The notes under the pieces: model-generated
What the model was told of the DNA's origin: nothing
Seen by the model: the letters and a program-made list of their open reading frames with translations, nothing else
Databases searched by the model: none
Virus record (IMG/VR): IMGVR_UViG_3300022871_000009
Location: 1 to 64,000 of that record
Source: a virus
Lineage: Duplodnaviria > Heunggongvirae > Uroviricota > Caudoviricetes
Direction: 5' to 3' (one strand)
Length of the DNA: 64,000 bases
Program-made: the position numbers and the translations under genes
In this document: piece by piece, positions 38,219 to 50,400 of the stretch
How positions within the stretch are numbered: position 1 is the stretch's first letter
Layout: each line of letters opens with the position of its first letter

Positions 38219-39973
38219 TTATACTTGATTTTCTGTTTCAGAAGTCTCCTCGTAAACAACTGCCATACGGGAGATTTTACATTTCTTCTTAGTGAAATCT
38301 CTTATACTTATTTTTATCCGTCTACATCTTGGTGGTTGAGCTTGTTCAGAATCTTTGCTTGTAACTTTGAGTATTGCACATCCTTTATTAATGTTTCCTT
38401 TTATCTGATAAAAGGGTTCATTGTCTAGAGAAACAAAACACTCCATTCCACTTCCTCGTTCAACTTCTACAATTATGCTATGCACACGAGAGAAGTTCTC
38501 AAAATTTTGTGCTAATGTTAAGTTTTCTGTATCTATTCTGAAAGGAATCTCTTCACCACTGTCTTGTTCTGTATTGAATAATTCATAAATATTGTATTTT
38601 GAATCTTTAGAAGCGTATTCTAACCTATCTGGATTATCATCAGCAATGTAAGTAGCGAATATCGTAGCATCAATTTCTGTGTGTACATACCAATTCTCTT
38701 GGCGCATGTTGTATTCTAGACATACATCAGAAAGTGTTTTATCTATTGAGCCGTCGGGGTTGTATAGAGTCACATCTCCAATAGCGAAGAACACGCTCTC
38801 TCCTTTTTTACCTGCGGCGGCCGCCTCTAAGCCTGCTATGGTAGCTCCATCAATATACTTTTGTACTTTAGCTGACATTAATTTAGGAACACTACCATTT
38901 GTAGCGAATATACCCGTGTAATGAAGGAACCAAAGTCCCCCGAGTGTTTTGACAAAGCCGAAGTCAGACACACACCCTATACCTAGGTCTAAATTCTGTA
39001 AATTGTAATCATTCCATATGGCGAGGTTATTCTTATTCGCGATAACCATCATGTTCCCTATATTTGTGAGCATCTTGATGCTATCATTCTGATTTCCAGT
39101 TAGATAAAAAGTGTCGTATTCTTTTACAGGAGCTCCACTAGGAGAGTTGTTTACCCATCTGAATATCTTTTTCCCTATAAAAGTATTATTTACCCACAAC
39201 TCATCTGCACTTAAAATTGCGCTACTAGTAGCGCTGACAGTAATTGTGTTTTCTGTCTTGGCTGTTATAGTAAGCGTTTCAATCAGGCTCCCGCCCCTAT
39301 ACACCTGCAAAGTATCAGTTGAGTGTATATAAGTTGTATCAGTCACTTCTATACTTGTCACTCCTGCAACATGGTCTCCGCTCACTAAAGCCACAACGCC
39401 AAGCGGTGTGGACGATTGTTGTATACCATTCTTTTTTCTTGTTGAGCTAATATAGATATCAGCAATATATAATCTATCTTTATAAAAATTTACTTTATAT
39501 CCTTTAGGACTGTTATATAGATGTCCAGCCGCAATTGTTGAGGTGACAACAGTAGTTCCGTCAGATTCTATGTATCTATTAGCATCATTTCCATTTACAA
39601 TAAAACAGTTCTCCTCTGCAAATGTGTGGGATGTGTTGGCTGCTGTCAAGCCAGTTCCCCCAGTACCTAAGATTGTCCATGCTCCTGTAGCTCCAGCGTA
39701 ATAAATCGATACCACAGCTCCAACAGTACTACAACGATAAAAACCATTATTAGTGGAATTCTCGAAATAAAACAATCCGTAATTAGCCGTAGCGGCTATT
39801 TCACTCCCTAATCTTCTTGTGCCACCACGCTTCTCTATGGTACCTATCTCTTCTGACCTAGCATTCTCTATATACTTTAATTCATTTTTCTTCCCAATAT
39901 TAGAACCGACAAGAGAGTTAACTCCGTCAAAATACGAGATTTCCATTCTTTTCATTGAGCTTTTAGTAGCCAT
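38219..39973 (-). CDS. hypothetical structural protein (584 aa)
   Basis: ORF in the structural block. Confidence 0.4.
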   Translation of the reverse strand: MATKSSMKRMEISYFDGVNSLVGSNIGKKNELKYIENARSEEIGTIEKRGGTRRLGSEIAATANYGLFYFENSTNNGFYRCSTVGAVVSIYYAGATGAWTILGTGGTGLTAANTSHTFAEENCFIVNGNDANRYIESDGTTVVTSTIAAGHLYNSPKGYKVNFYKDRLYIADIYISSTRKKNGIQQSSTPLGVVALVSGDHVAGVTSIEVTDTTYIHSTDTLQVYRGGSLIETLTITAKTENTITVSATSSAILSADELWVNNTFIGKKIFRWVNNSPSGAPVKEYDTFYLTGNQNDSIKMLTNIGNMMVIANKNNLAIWNDYNLQNLDLGIGCVSDFGFVKTLGGLWFLHYTGIFATNGSVPKLMSAKVQKYIDGATIAGLEAAAAGKKGESVFFAIGDVTLYNPDGSIDKTLSDVCLEYNMRQENWYVHTEIDATIFATYIADDNPDRLEYASKDSKYNIYELFNTEQDSGEEIPFRIDTENLTLAQNFENFSRVHSIIVEVERGSGMECFVSLDNEPFYQIKGNINKGCAILKVTSKDSEQAQPPRCRRIKISIRDFTKKKCKISRMAVVYEETSETENQV

Positions 39974-39974
39974 A

Positions 39975-41366
39975 CTAGATTATTATACTTTCTGATGGTG
40001 TCCAGGAATCTAAATTACTGTTTCTTTTGATTGATGTAGTTTTCATGCGTCCAATTGCCATGTTGAATGACTCAAGTGACATTGCAGCATCGTTTCTACC
40101 TAATTTCGGAGCAGCTCTAAACATCATGTAATCGACAAGGCAAAAATGATTGTTCTCTGGCAAATCAATAGTATCGTACATTGAAGTCAGTTCGGCCCCT
40201 TTTTGTATGTATCTGATTGTATAAGTACTGGTTGCTGTCGGGGTAGGTGTGAAGCCAATATAGGCTCCTCTTAGATAGTATTTTATTGTATTGGCTGAAT
40301 CTTCATCATAAGCAGAAACTCCACTTAATTTTATAGCAGATAAAGAGACTTTATCTCCAGAATCTACTATGGAGAGCAAATCAGAGAAACTGTCTGGAAG
40401 TGCGTATTCCTTTGTTCCACTAATAATTGACAGGTCATATTCGTCAGAACCAGTATATTCTCTATTTACTAGATTTAATTCGTTTCTTGCTATCGCATAT
40501 GCTTCACTTAGCCAAGCAAAAGCATCCTCATTGGTGACAAGTTTAAGCTGTTTGTTGTTTAATAAACTGAAAAAATTCTCGATTATAGAGGATGCGGAGT
40601 TAGAATCGAAACCACCATACGGAATAGCATTTGAATTCTGCGAGGAAGACTCTGTATAAGAATTATAAAATGTAAACCAGCCAAAACCAGTTGAATTATC
40701 TGCGTCTCTGACAGATGTCAGAAATAACGATGTATCAATATCTAGATAATTTGTAAGTACATTTATATATCCAGTGCCTATTGTCTTATCACTTTCTACT
40801 ACACCAGACCCATTATCTATCTCAAAATATTTTTCTCTTACTGTTGTAACTACATAAGACCCCTTATTATTATCATCAAAATTTTCGCCATTTATTACTA
40901 TGGTATAACCATCTTGTACGTATTTATCTATTTCAGGGTTTGTACCGGTATCATCATATGTGTACCTCATTAGTGAGCCAGAAGGGTTTGTTATGTCGAA
41001 TTGTGTAGTCTCGTCTCCTAAAACAACTGTATCTCTAACTGGGTCGGTAGATGAGAAAGTTGCTGTAGTTGTGTGGAAAAACCTTACTTGGTCGTAATGT
41101 ATAATTGTGACTTTTGTACTTTCACTATGAGGGAAGCTAGTCGCGATATTTATAGTTAAAGTGTCAGAAGCACGTGTTATAGCTGTGACTCTTCTTATTT
41201 CTGCGTAAGCAGAGCCAAATTCACCTATTAAAATAAAGTCATTTGGTCTATATTCCTCGCTATTTGTAACAACCAAAGAAGTTTCACCTGATTGGTAATT
41301 AGCACTCAAATGAGAATATTTAGCATTTTGAGTTAGATTTCGATTATCTGCTGTCAATGTAGGCAT
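39975..41366 (-). CDS. hypothetical structural protein (463 aa)
   Basis: ORF preceded by the conserved promoter element. Confidence 0.4.
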   Translation of the reverse strand: MPTLTADNRNLTQNAKYSHLSANYQSGETSLVVTNSEEYRPNDFILIGEFGSAYAEIRRVTAITRASDTLTINIATSFPHSESTKVTIIHYDQVRFFHTTTATFSSTDPVRDTVVLGDETTQFDITNPSGSLMRYTYDDTGTNPEIDKYVQDGYTIVINGENFDDNNKGSYVVTTVREKYFEIDNGSGVVESDKTIGTGYINVLTNYLDIDTSLFLTSVRDADNSTGFGWFTFYNSYTESSSQNSNAIPYGGFDSNSASSIIENFFSLLNNKQLKLVTNEDAFAWLSEAYAIARNELNLVNREYTGSDEYDLSIISGTKEYALPDSFSDLLSIVDSGDKVSLSAIKLSGVSAYDEDSANTIKYYLRGAYIGFTPTPTATSTYTIRYIQKGAELTSMYDTIDLPENNHFCLVDYMMFRAAPKLGRNDAAMSLESFNMAIGRMKTTSIKRNSNLDSWTPSESIII

Positions 41367-41387
41367 ATTTTTCCTTTAATTATTTAT

Positions 41388-41417
41388 ATTATAGCATAAG
41401 TCCTCTTCTTTCTATCA
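41388..41417 (-). promoter_or_regulatory. promoter TGATAG-18-TATAAT with the AGGACTTATGCTATAAT element
   Basis: Reverse complement TGATAGaaagaagAGGACTTATGCTATAAT, 22 nt upstream of the 463-aa gene. Overlaps the stop region of the giant gene. Confidence 0.45.
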
Positions 41418-44400
41418 CTAAAATCCATAGTATCCTCCTCCAAAGACTCCTTGTGTGGATATTCCTCCACGTCTTCCTAGTGTTTCTAAACCACCAGTTA
41501 TCTCCATGTCTTCTATATAGAAACTTATTGTCGATGTGCTGGAACTGGTAGAACTAGATGTACTTGATGAAGTTGATGAACTAGTAGAACTTGAGGTGCT
41601 TGAAGAAGTCGAGCTAGTTGAGCTAGATGTACTTGAACTTGTAGAGCTAGATGTGGATGAACTTGTAGAGCTAGATGTGGATGAACTTGTAGATGACGTA
41701 CTAGAAGATGTACTAGAGCTTGTAGAACTAGAGGTAGAGCTAGATGTGGATGAACTTGTAGAACTAGAGGTAGAGCTAGATGTGGATGAACTTGTAGAAC
41801 TGGAAGTAGAGCTAGATGTGGATGAACTTGTACTGGATGACGTACTAGAAGATGTTGAGCTAGATGTTGAACTTGATGTAGAACTAGAAGTTGATGAGCT
41901 TGTGCTAGAAGAAGTACTAGACGATGTTGAGCTAGATGTCGAACTAGAAGTACTAGATGATGTGCTAGAGCTAGTAGAACTGGATGTACTAGATGATGTA
42001 GATGAAGTACTAGAACTAGTAGAACTAGAAGTACTCAAACTTGTAGAACTAGATGTTGAGGAAGTGCTTGAACTAGTAGAGCTAGAAGTAGAAGAACTAG
42101 TACTAGAGGTAGAACTAGAAGTGCTTGAACTAGTAGAGCTAGAAGTAGAAGAAGTAGAACTGGATGTGGAACTAGAAGTAGAAGAGCTTGTAGAACTTGT
42201 ACTAGATGATGTACTAGAGCTAGTAGAGCTAGAAGTAGAAGAGCTTGTAGAACTTGATGTACTAGAAGAAGTACTAGAGCTAGTAGAGCTAGAAGTAGAA
42301 GAGCTTGTAGAACTTGATGTACTAGAACTGGTAGAGGAGCTAGTAGAGCTTGATGTACTAGAACTAGTAGAGCTTGATGTACTAGAACTAGTAGAGCTTG
42401 ATGTTGATGATGATGTACTAGAACTAGTACTAGAACTAGTTGACGATGATGTTGAAGAACTAGTAGAACTTGATGTGCTAGAACTAGTGGAACTTGACGT
42501 GCTAGAACTAGTGCTAGAGCTAGTTGATGATGATGTAGATGATGAAGTACTACTAGACGTGCTTGAACTAGTAGAACTAGTAGAACTCGATGTACTTGAA
42601 GTTGACGAACTAGTAGAACTAGAAGTAGATGAACTAGTAGAACTAGAAGTAGATGAAGTTGTTGTTTCCGCTAACCTTCTCTTGTAATTCCCCCATGTTA
42701 AATCTCCTACATTACCATCAGGAATAAAACTGTCTTTAACTGTAGAACTGAATCCAGAATGCTGATAGACGTTACACCCAACGGGAATAAATATTGAGTA
42801 ATTAGTAGAATAAAAATCATTTTTGTCTAAAGTGAGGCCACCAGGCAAGGTAGAAGGAGTATTAAATGTGTCTGCTATTGTAGAAGTATAACCAGAGTGT
42901 CTATATACTTTATCCGACCCTCCGTCGATACTGAATAAGCGAGCAACATTTACTGTAAAACCTTTTGGCGAGCTGCTAGGAGAAGAAAAACTATCACTGA
43001 CTGTAGATGAAAAACCATTGTGAACGTATATTTTGTCAGTACCATTATCTATACTATAGAAATTTGTATAATCAATAGTTACACCTTGAGGACTGTCACT
43101 AGGCGAAGAAAAACTGCTAAGTATAGTAGAAGTGAAACCAGAATGTCTGTATATAACATCGGAAGAACTATCTCCACTATAGACATCTCCCAAGAATGTA
43201 AGGCCATATGGAGATGTACTTGGACTACTGAAACTATCAATTACAGTGGAAGAGAACCCAGAATATTTATAAATTTTGTCATCAGAATACTGAACGCCCA
43301 TCAAATTCTCGTATAGTGTGGTTGTTGTAGAAGTACTAGAAGAAGTAGAACTAGAAGTACTAGACGAAGTAGATGATGTACTAGAACTGGTAGAACTAGA
43401 TGTTGATGAGGTTGTCTCAAACCTAGCGTCACCGCCCCAGGCGATACCACCTAAGTTCCCAGTTGGCTGAGCAAAACTATCTAAAATTGTAGAAGTAAAT
43501 CTGTTATATTTGACAAAATCAGACACTGAACTTCCATAGGTATCATTTGCATCTCGTGCAACGCTAGAACGGACAGTAGCAAATGAATCAGAAATTGTTG
43601 AAGTAAAACCTGAATGGCGATATATTCCATATTCAACAGAAAGAGTAGCTCCACCTGAATACAGTCTATAAAGATTACTCTCTAATCCAGAAGGATATGG
43701 TATTATTGTTCCGAAACTATCTAAAATTGTAGAAGTAAATCCTGAATGTTTATAAATTTTAGCTGTATTTTTATCTACACTATATAAATCACCAGGTTCA
43801 GTCATAGTTAATTTTACATACCGAGTCGATGGCGAAGAGAAACTATCAATCATTGTAGTAGAAAAACCAGAGTGTTTATAAATTATATTTAATCCAGCAT
43901 CCCCACTGTACATTAATTTATCTTTCCAAGAAAGTCCAGCAGGTATGTTTGCTGATGGCACCGTAAAACTATCTAAAATAGTAGAACTAAAACCAGAATA
44001 TCTAAAAAATAAATCACCATAAACATGCACTGAATAAAAGTCGTCATTCAATAGTGTTGTACTAGAGGAAGTAGAACTAGATGTGGAACTAGTAGAAGAA
44101 CTAGTAGAGCTAGAAGTAGAAGAACTTGTCGAACTCGATGTTGATGATGAAGTAGACGAAGATGTAGATGATGTTGAGCTAGAAGTACTAGAAGAAGTCG
44201 AACTAGTTGAGCTAGATGTTGAAGAACTAGTAGAACTTGTGGTAGTTATTGCTAATCTTTTTACATAGTTCTCCCAGGCAAGACCAAAATTATTTGTTGC
44301 TGTTCTGAACACATCTAAAATTGTAGAACTAAATCCTGAATGTTTATATGCTTTTCTGTAACTAGCACTTCGTGGGTTAAAAATAGTGCTGTAAAAGTCT

Positions 44401-47400
44401 ATACTATCAGTTGTAAACCCACCAGGCCGTGTCCCTGGAGCAGCGAAACTATCTGATATCGTTGATGTGAATCCTGAATGTCTATACATTCTATCACTAC
44501 CGTCAATCAGACTAAACAACCTATACTTATTTACCGCTATATCTCTAGGATTGATAGCTTCAGCCGCAAAACTATCAGAAATTGTTGAAGAAAAACCGCT
44601 GTGGATGTAAATTTTTTCAGTGGTCAAGTCAGTGCTATACATCCTGTCTCTATCCGCTTCTAAGCCGTATGTTTCACTAGCAGCAGCAGCAAAATTATCA
44701 AGTAGTGTAGAACTAAATCCTGAAAAGTGATAAATAAGGTTGGTATTGTAGTTAGTACTATATAAATCTTTATTAAATGCTACACCTAACGAGCCAATTG
44801 CACTAACACCCCCTAAGCTCTCTAAAATAGTAGAACTAAATCCTGAATATTTGTAGATAATAGAAGGGGATATCGCTATCAAATTATCATCATACAATAT
44901 AGAGGTTGAACTTGATGTAGATGAACTTGTAGAACTTGATGTTGATGAGGTTGAAGAACTTGTGCTTGAACTTGTAGAACTTGATGTTGATGAAGTACTA
45001 GAACTTGTTGAACTAGAGGTTGAGCTAGATGTGCTAGAAGATGTACTAGAAGAAGTAGAACTAGAAGTACTAGAAGTACTAGAACTAGTAGAACTAGAAG
45101 TACTAGAACTTGTTGAACTAGAAGTTGATGATGAAGTTGATGAACTAGTAGAACTAGTAGAACTTGATGTACTAGAAGAAGTAGAAGAACTAGTTGAAGA
45201 AGTACTAGAAGAAGTAGAACTTGATGTACTAGAAGAAGTACTAGAAGTAGAAGAACTAGTTGAAGAAGTAGAAGTTGAACTAGATGTACTTGATGTACTA
45301 GAAGAAGTTGAGCTTGAAGTAGATGAGCTCGTTGAAGAAGTACTAGAACTTGTAGAACTAGATGTTGATGAACTTGTTGAAGATGTACTAGAACTTGTTG
45401 AACTAGAAGTACTAGAAGTGCTAGACGAAGTTGATGAACTTGTAGAACTAGAAGTAGATGAACTTGTAGAACTAGAAGTAGATGATGAAGTACTCGATGA
45501 GGTACTAGAACTTGTTGAACTAGAAGTACTAGAAGAAGTTGAACTAGATGTTGATGAACTTGTAGAACTAGAAGTAGATGAACTTGTAGAACTAGAAGTA
45601 GATGAACTTGTAGAACTAGAAGTACTTGAAGAAGTACTGGAAGTAGACGAACTAGTCGAACTAGATGTAGAAGATGAAGTTGAACTAGAAGTTGACGAAC
45701 TTGTTGAACTAGAAGTAGAAGAACTGGTAGAAGAAGTACTAGAACTTGTGCTTGAACTTGTAGAACTAGAAGTGCTTGAACTTGTAGAACTAGAAGTGCT
45801 TGAACTTGTTGAACTAGAAGTTGAACTTGTACTTGATGACGTACTAGAAGACGTACTAGAACTTGTAGAGCTAGATGTGCTTGATGACGTACTAGAGCTA
45901 GTTGAACTAGATGTAGAACTAGAAGTTGATGAGCTCGTGCTAGAAGAAGTAGAACTAGAAGTAGATGAACTTGTAGAACTAGTAGAACTAGAAGTAGATG
46001 AGCTCGTGCTTGATGATGTACTAGAAGACGTACTAGAACTTGTTGAACTAGATGTTGAAGAACTTGTACTTGATGATGTAGATGAACTAGTACTAGAAGA
46101 AGTAGAACTTGATGTAGAAGAACTTGTAGAAGATGTTGTGCTAATTTCTCTACTCCAAATATTATCCCATTCTACTCCTAATAGATATTCAGGTGTACCA
46201 TCGAATGAATCCATTATAGTAGTACTAAATCCTGCGTGTTTATAGGAATAGGCACTATTACCATCTGTAGTATATATGTGATACCCATCAAATGTTAAAC
46301 CAGCAATATCTGGAGTGACAGCTGCCATGCTATTTAAGACAGTAGAACTAAAACCAGAATGTTTATATACTTTTTCTGTTGCATCGTCAGCGGAATAAAT
46401 ATTTTTTCCGTCTAATGTTATATCTAACGAACCACTACTAGGAGTTGAGAAACTGTTTAAAATTGTAGAACTAAAACCAGAATGCCTATATAAGACATCG
46501 CTGTCTATATCTCCAGAATAAATTCTATCGTCTCCCCAAGTTAACCCCCACGGTTTAATTGAAGGAGAAGAAAAACTATCTGAAACAGTTGAACTAAAAC
46601 CAGAATGTTTAAATATTCTATTAAGACCGACATCAGATGTATAGGAATCTTCTCCATCAGAAGTAACGCCAAAACCATACGAAGATGGGGAACTAAAACT
46701 ATCAGTAATTGTGGATGAAAAACCTGAATATTTGAATACCTCTGTGTTCCAGTAGTATCCTATTCCAATATAATTATTTGTTTCTAATCTTCCACCATAA
46801 TCCATGTAGTCGATGCCAGAACCTTGGTTGGCTACACCTGTAAAGCTATCCAAAACAGTAGATGTAAATCCAGAATGTTTGTAGAATTCGTCAGGAGATT
46901 GCTCAGCGGTAATAAAATGTTGGCCAGTGTAAGTAAGTCCTGTACGTGAGCCAACTGCTGCGAAACTCTCTAAGATTGTTGATGTAAATCCAGAATGTTT
47001 GTAAACTTTATCTATGCCTGTATCTGTACTATATAAGTCAGTTGCATCGTAGGTTAAATCGTATGGGTTCAAATTTGGACTAGAAAAACTATCACTAATC
47101 GTAGATGAGTAACCGCTGTGTTTATAAATTTGGTCTGATACACCGTCTGTGCTATATAATGTATCTTTTTGAACTGTCAAACCTCTAGGGTCAGCAGATG
47201 GTGATGCAAAACTATCTAAAATTGTAGATGTAAATCCAGAATGTTGATATATATATCCTGCCAAATCTCCTGACAAAATATATTTGCTATCCCATGTTAC
47301 ACCACGAGGAGCAGTACTTGGAGTTGAAAAACTATCTACTACTGTAGAACTGAATCCTGAATATTTGTATACCTTACTACTAATAGCGTTATCATCAATC

Positions 47401-50400
47401 TCTATTAATTCGTCGAATATAATTGTGGTAGAGGAACTAGTTGAACTAGAAGTAGAAGAACTAGTTGAAGATGTGCTTGATGATGTGCTAGAACTTGTAG
47501 AGCTAGATGTTGAACTTGATGTACTAGAACTAGTTGAACTTGAAGTACTAGAAGTACTAGATGATGTACTAGAAGAAGTACTAGAAGTAGAAGAACTAGT
47601 AGAACTAGAAGTACTAGATGATGTAGAGGATGTACTAGAACTAGTTGAACTAGAAGTAGAAGAACTAGTAGAACTTGTACTAGACGATGTACTAGAAGTT
47701 GAAGTAGAGGAACTAGTTGAACTAGTAGAACTAGAAGTTGATGAACTAGTAGAACTGGAAGTACTAGATGTACTTGATGATGTAGAACTAGATGTACTTG
47801 ATGAAGTTGATGAGCTAGTAGAACTAGATGTACTAGAAGATGTACTCGAACTAGTAGAGCTAGAAGTAGATGATGTTGATGAACTAGTAGAACTAGATGT
47901 AGATGATGATGTACTAGAACTTGTAGAACTTGATGTGCTGGATGTAGTTTCAGCTGTTCTTGACCAATAATCTTCCCATGTAATGCCACGGCTATCGGTC
48001 CCAATTGCCGATGTATCTATTGTGTCTATAATTGTAGAAGAAAAACCTCTGTGCTTATTAACACCGTAGTCTTTTGTATTATAAAGATTTTTTCCATCCC
48101 ATGTGATACCGACCCCAGTGGCACCCTCAAAACTATCTACAACAGTAGAACTAAATCCAGAGTATTTGAAAATAGCTGCATCAGGAAGATTCTGAGCATA
48201 TATATTTGCTCCATCCATTGTTATATCTGCAGGTAAGAATTGTGTAAATGAATCTAGAATAGTAGAACTAAACCCAGAATGTCTGTATATTTTATCCCAA
48301 TAATCAGAACTATAAATTCTTTCATCTCCGTAAACAACACCCCAAACTGACTTAGGCATGCCGAAACTATCTAAAATAGTAGAGCTAAATCCAGAATGGT
48401 GATATATGTCACGTGTAGAATAATTAGCACTATAAATATCAAAGCCATCGTACGAAAGTCCTGAAGGACTAGTAGAAGGAGAGCCGAATGAATCTAACAC
48501 TGTTGATGAGAATCCACTAAATTTATATATCTTATCAGTATCATCGTTAGTCATCATTAAATTTTCGATGCCGAGTCTCTTTCCTATACTTTCATATTCT
48601 ATACCTGTAGGTGTAGTTGAAGGAGTACTAAAACTACTCACAATTGTTGATGTAAATCCTGAATGTTTGTACATTTTTCCTGGAGGACCACTTGCATAAA
48701 TATCTCCTTCTTTCAAAGTAATGCCGACTGATGGGAAGTTAGCCAGATTGGTAAAACTACCCAATATAGTTGATGTGAATCCTGAATGTTTGTAGACTGT
48801 TTCTGTAAAGTAATCTGAACTATACGTATCATCCCCATCTTGTGTGATACCAGTAGGTGCATTTGAAGGGCTGTTGAAGCTGTCAGAGATAGTAGTAGAG
48901 AACCCAGAATGCTGGTAAAGTTTTCCAGCAGTATAATCTACACTATAAATATTTACTGTATCATGTGTTAATCCTCTTGGGGCAATTGATGGGCTGCTAA
49001 AACTATCTAAGATAACCGAACTAAACCCAGAATGTTTATACATTTTTGTGACTAACATGTCCATGTCAGAATCAGAACTGTAAGCATTTACGCCGTCCCA
49101 AGTTACGCCCTCTGGCACAGGAGAAGGACTGCTAAAACTGTCAGAAATTGTGGAAGAGAATCCTACATGTCTGTAAAGTTTTCCGCTAATAGAATCTGCA
49201 CTCAAGAAGTTATCAAACAAAATTGTTGTCGAACTGGAAGTTGATGAGCTTGTGCTAGAAGAAGTCGAACTAGAAGTTGAAGAGCTTGTAGAACTAGAAG
49301 TAGAGGAAGTAGTAGAAGAACTTGTTGAGCTAGAAGTAGAGGAGCTAGTTGAACTAGAGGTAGAGGAGCTAGTCGAACTAGTTGAACTAGATGTACTAGA
49401 AGAAGTGCTAGAGCTTGTTGAGCTAGAGGTACTAGAAGAAGTAGAACTTGTAGAACTAGAAGTTGATGAACTTGTGCTAGAACTAGTAGAACTAGAAGTA
49501 CTTGTTGTAGTTGTTGTGCCTACTCTAGATGAGTAATGACCCCAAGTGATGTCAAAATCATAATCGCTAGGAATGAAACTATCTAATATTGTAGATGAAA
49601 AACCAGAGTGTTTATAATCCAATCTAGATTCACTAACCCATGGTAAAGCATTAGTAGAATAAATATATTTTCCATCGTATGCCAATCCACGAGGCATTGA
49701 AGACGGAGATGCGAAGCTACTTTGGATTGTAGAAGTAAATCCAGAATGTTGATAAATTTTATCAGAAGCAGTATCTGTACTAAATAATCTATATTTATTA
49801 GAAGTAAGTCCATTCGGAGCGCTTGATGGACTGCTAAAACTGTCTGCAATTGTGGAACTAAACCCTAAATGTTGGTATATCTTATCTGAAACATAATCAC
49901 TACTAAATAAAGCAGTATCATTTATAGTTACACCACCCAGATATCCACTTGGAGAACTAAAACTATCTAGAATTGTTGTTGAAAAACCAGAGTGTTTGTA
50001 CACTGCGTCATTAGTACTTACAAAATCACCAGCTGTATAAAGATACGTTTTGTCTTTAGTAACTCCAGTTGTATATAGAGCAGCTGCAAAACTATCTTTC
50101 ACTGTAGAAGAAAATCCAGAATATTTATAAACATTATGGACATCTCCAGTATTTAGTCCAATCGAAATTAAATCGTCTAATAGAGAAGTGGAACTAGATG
50201 TACTAGAAGAAGTTGAACTAGATGTACTAGAACTGGTAGAAGATGATGTGGATGAACTAGTAGAGCTAGTACTTGAACTAGTAGAGCTAGTAGAAGATGA
50301 AGTACTAGAAGAAGTTGAACTAGAAGTACTAGAAGTAGTAGTTGTAGAATAAAATGAAACTCTTTTATTATAGTTATCCCAAGTAAATCCATAAATAGAA

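Noticed and set aside
41536-42687. Long plus-strand ORFs encoding E/L/V/D-rich proteins (41536..42687, 44083..44268, 44962..46245, 47284..47970, 49252..49536, 51019..51705)
   Set aside because: They are antisense read-throughs of the AGT/AGA triplet repeats that encode the (SSST)n linkers of the giant minus-strand gene. They show low-complexity periodic composition, have no independent signals, and lie entirely inside a clearly coding gene.
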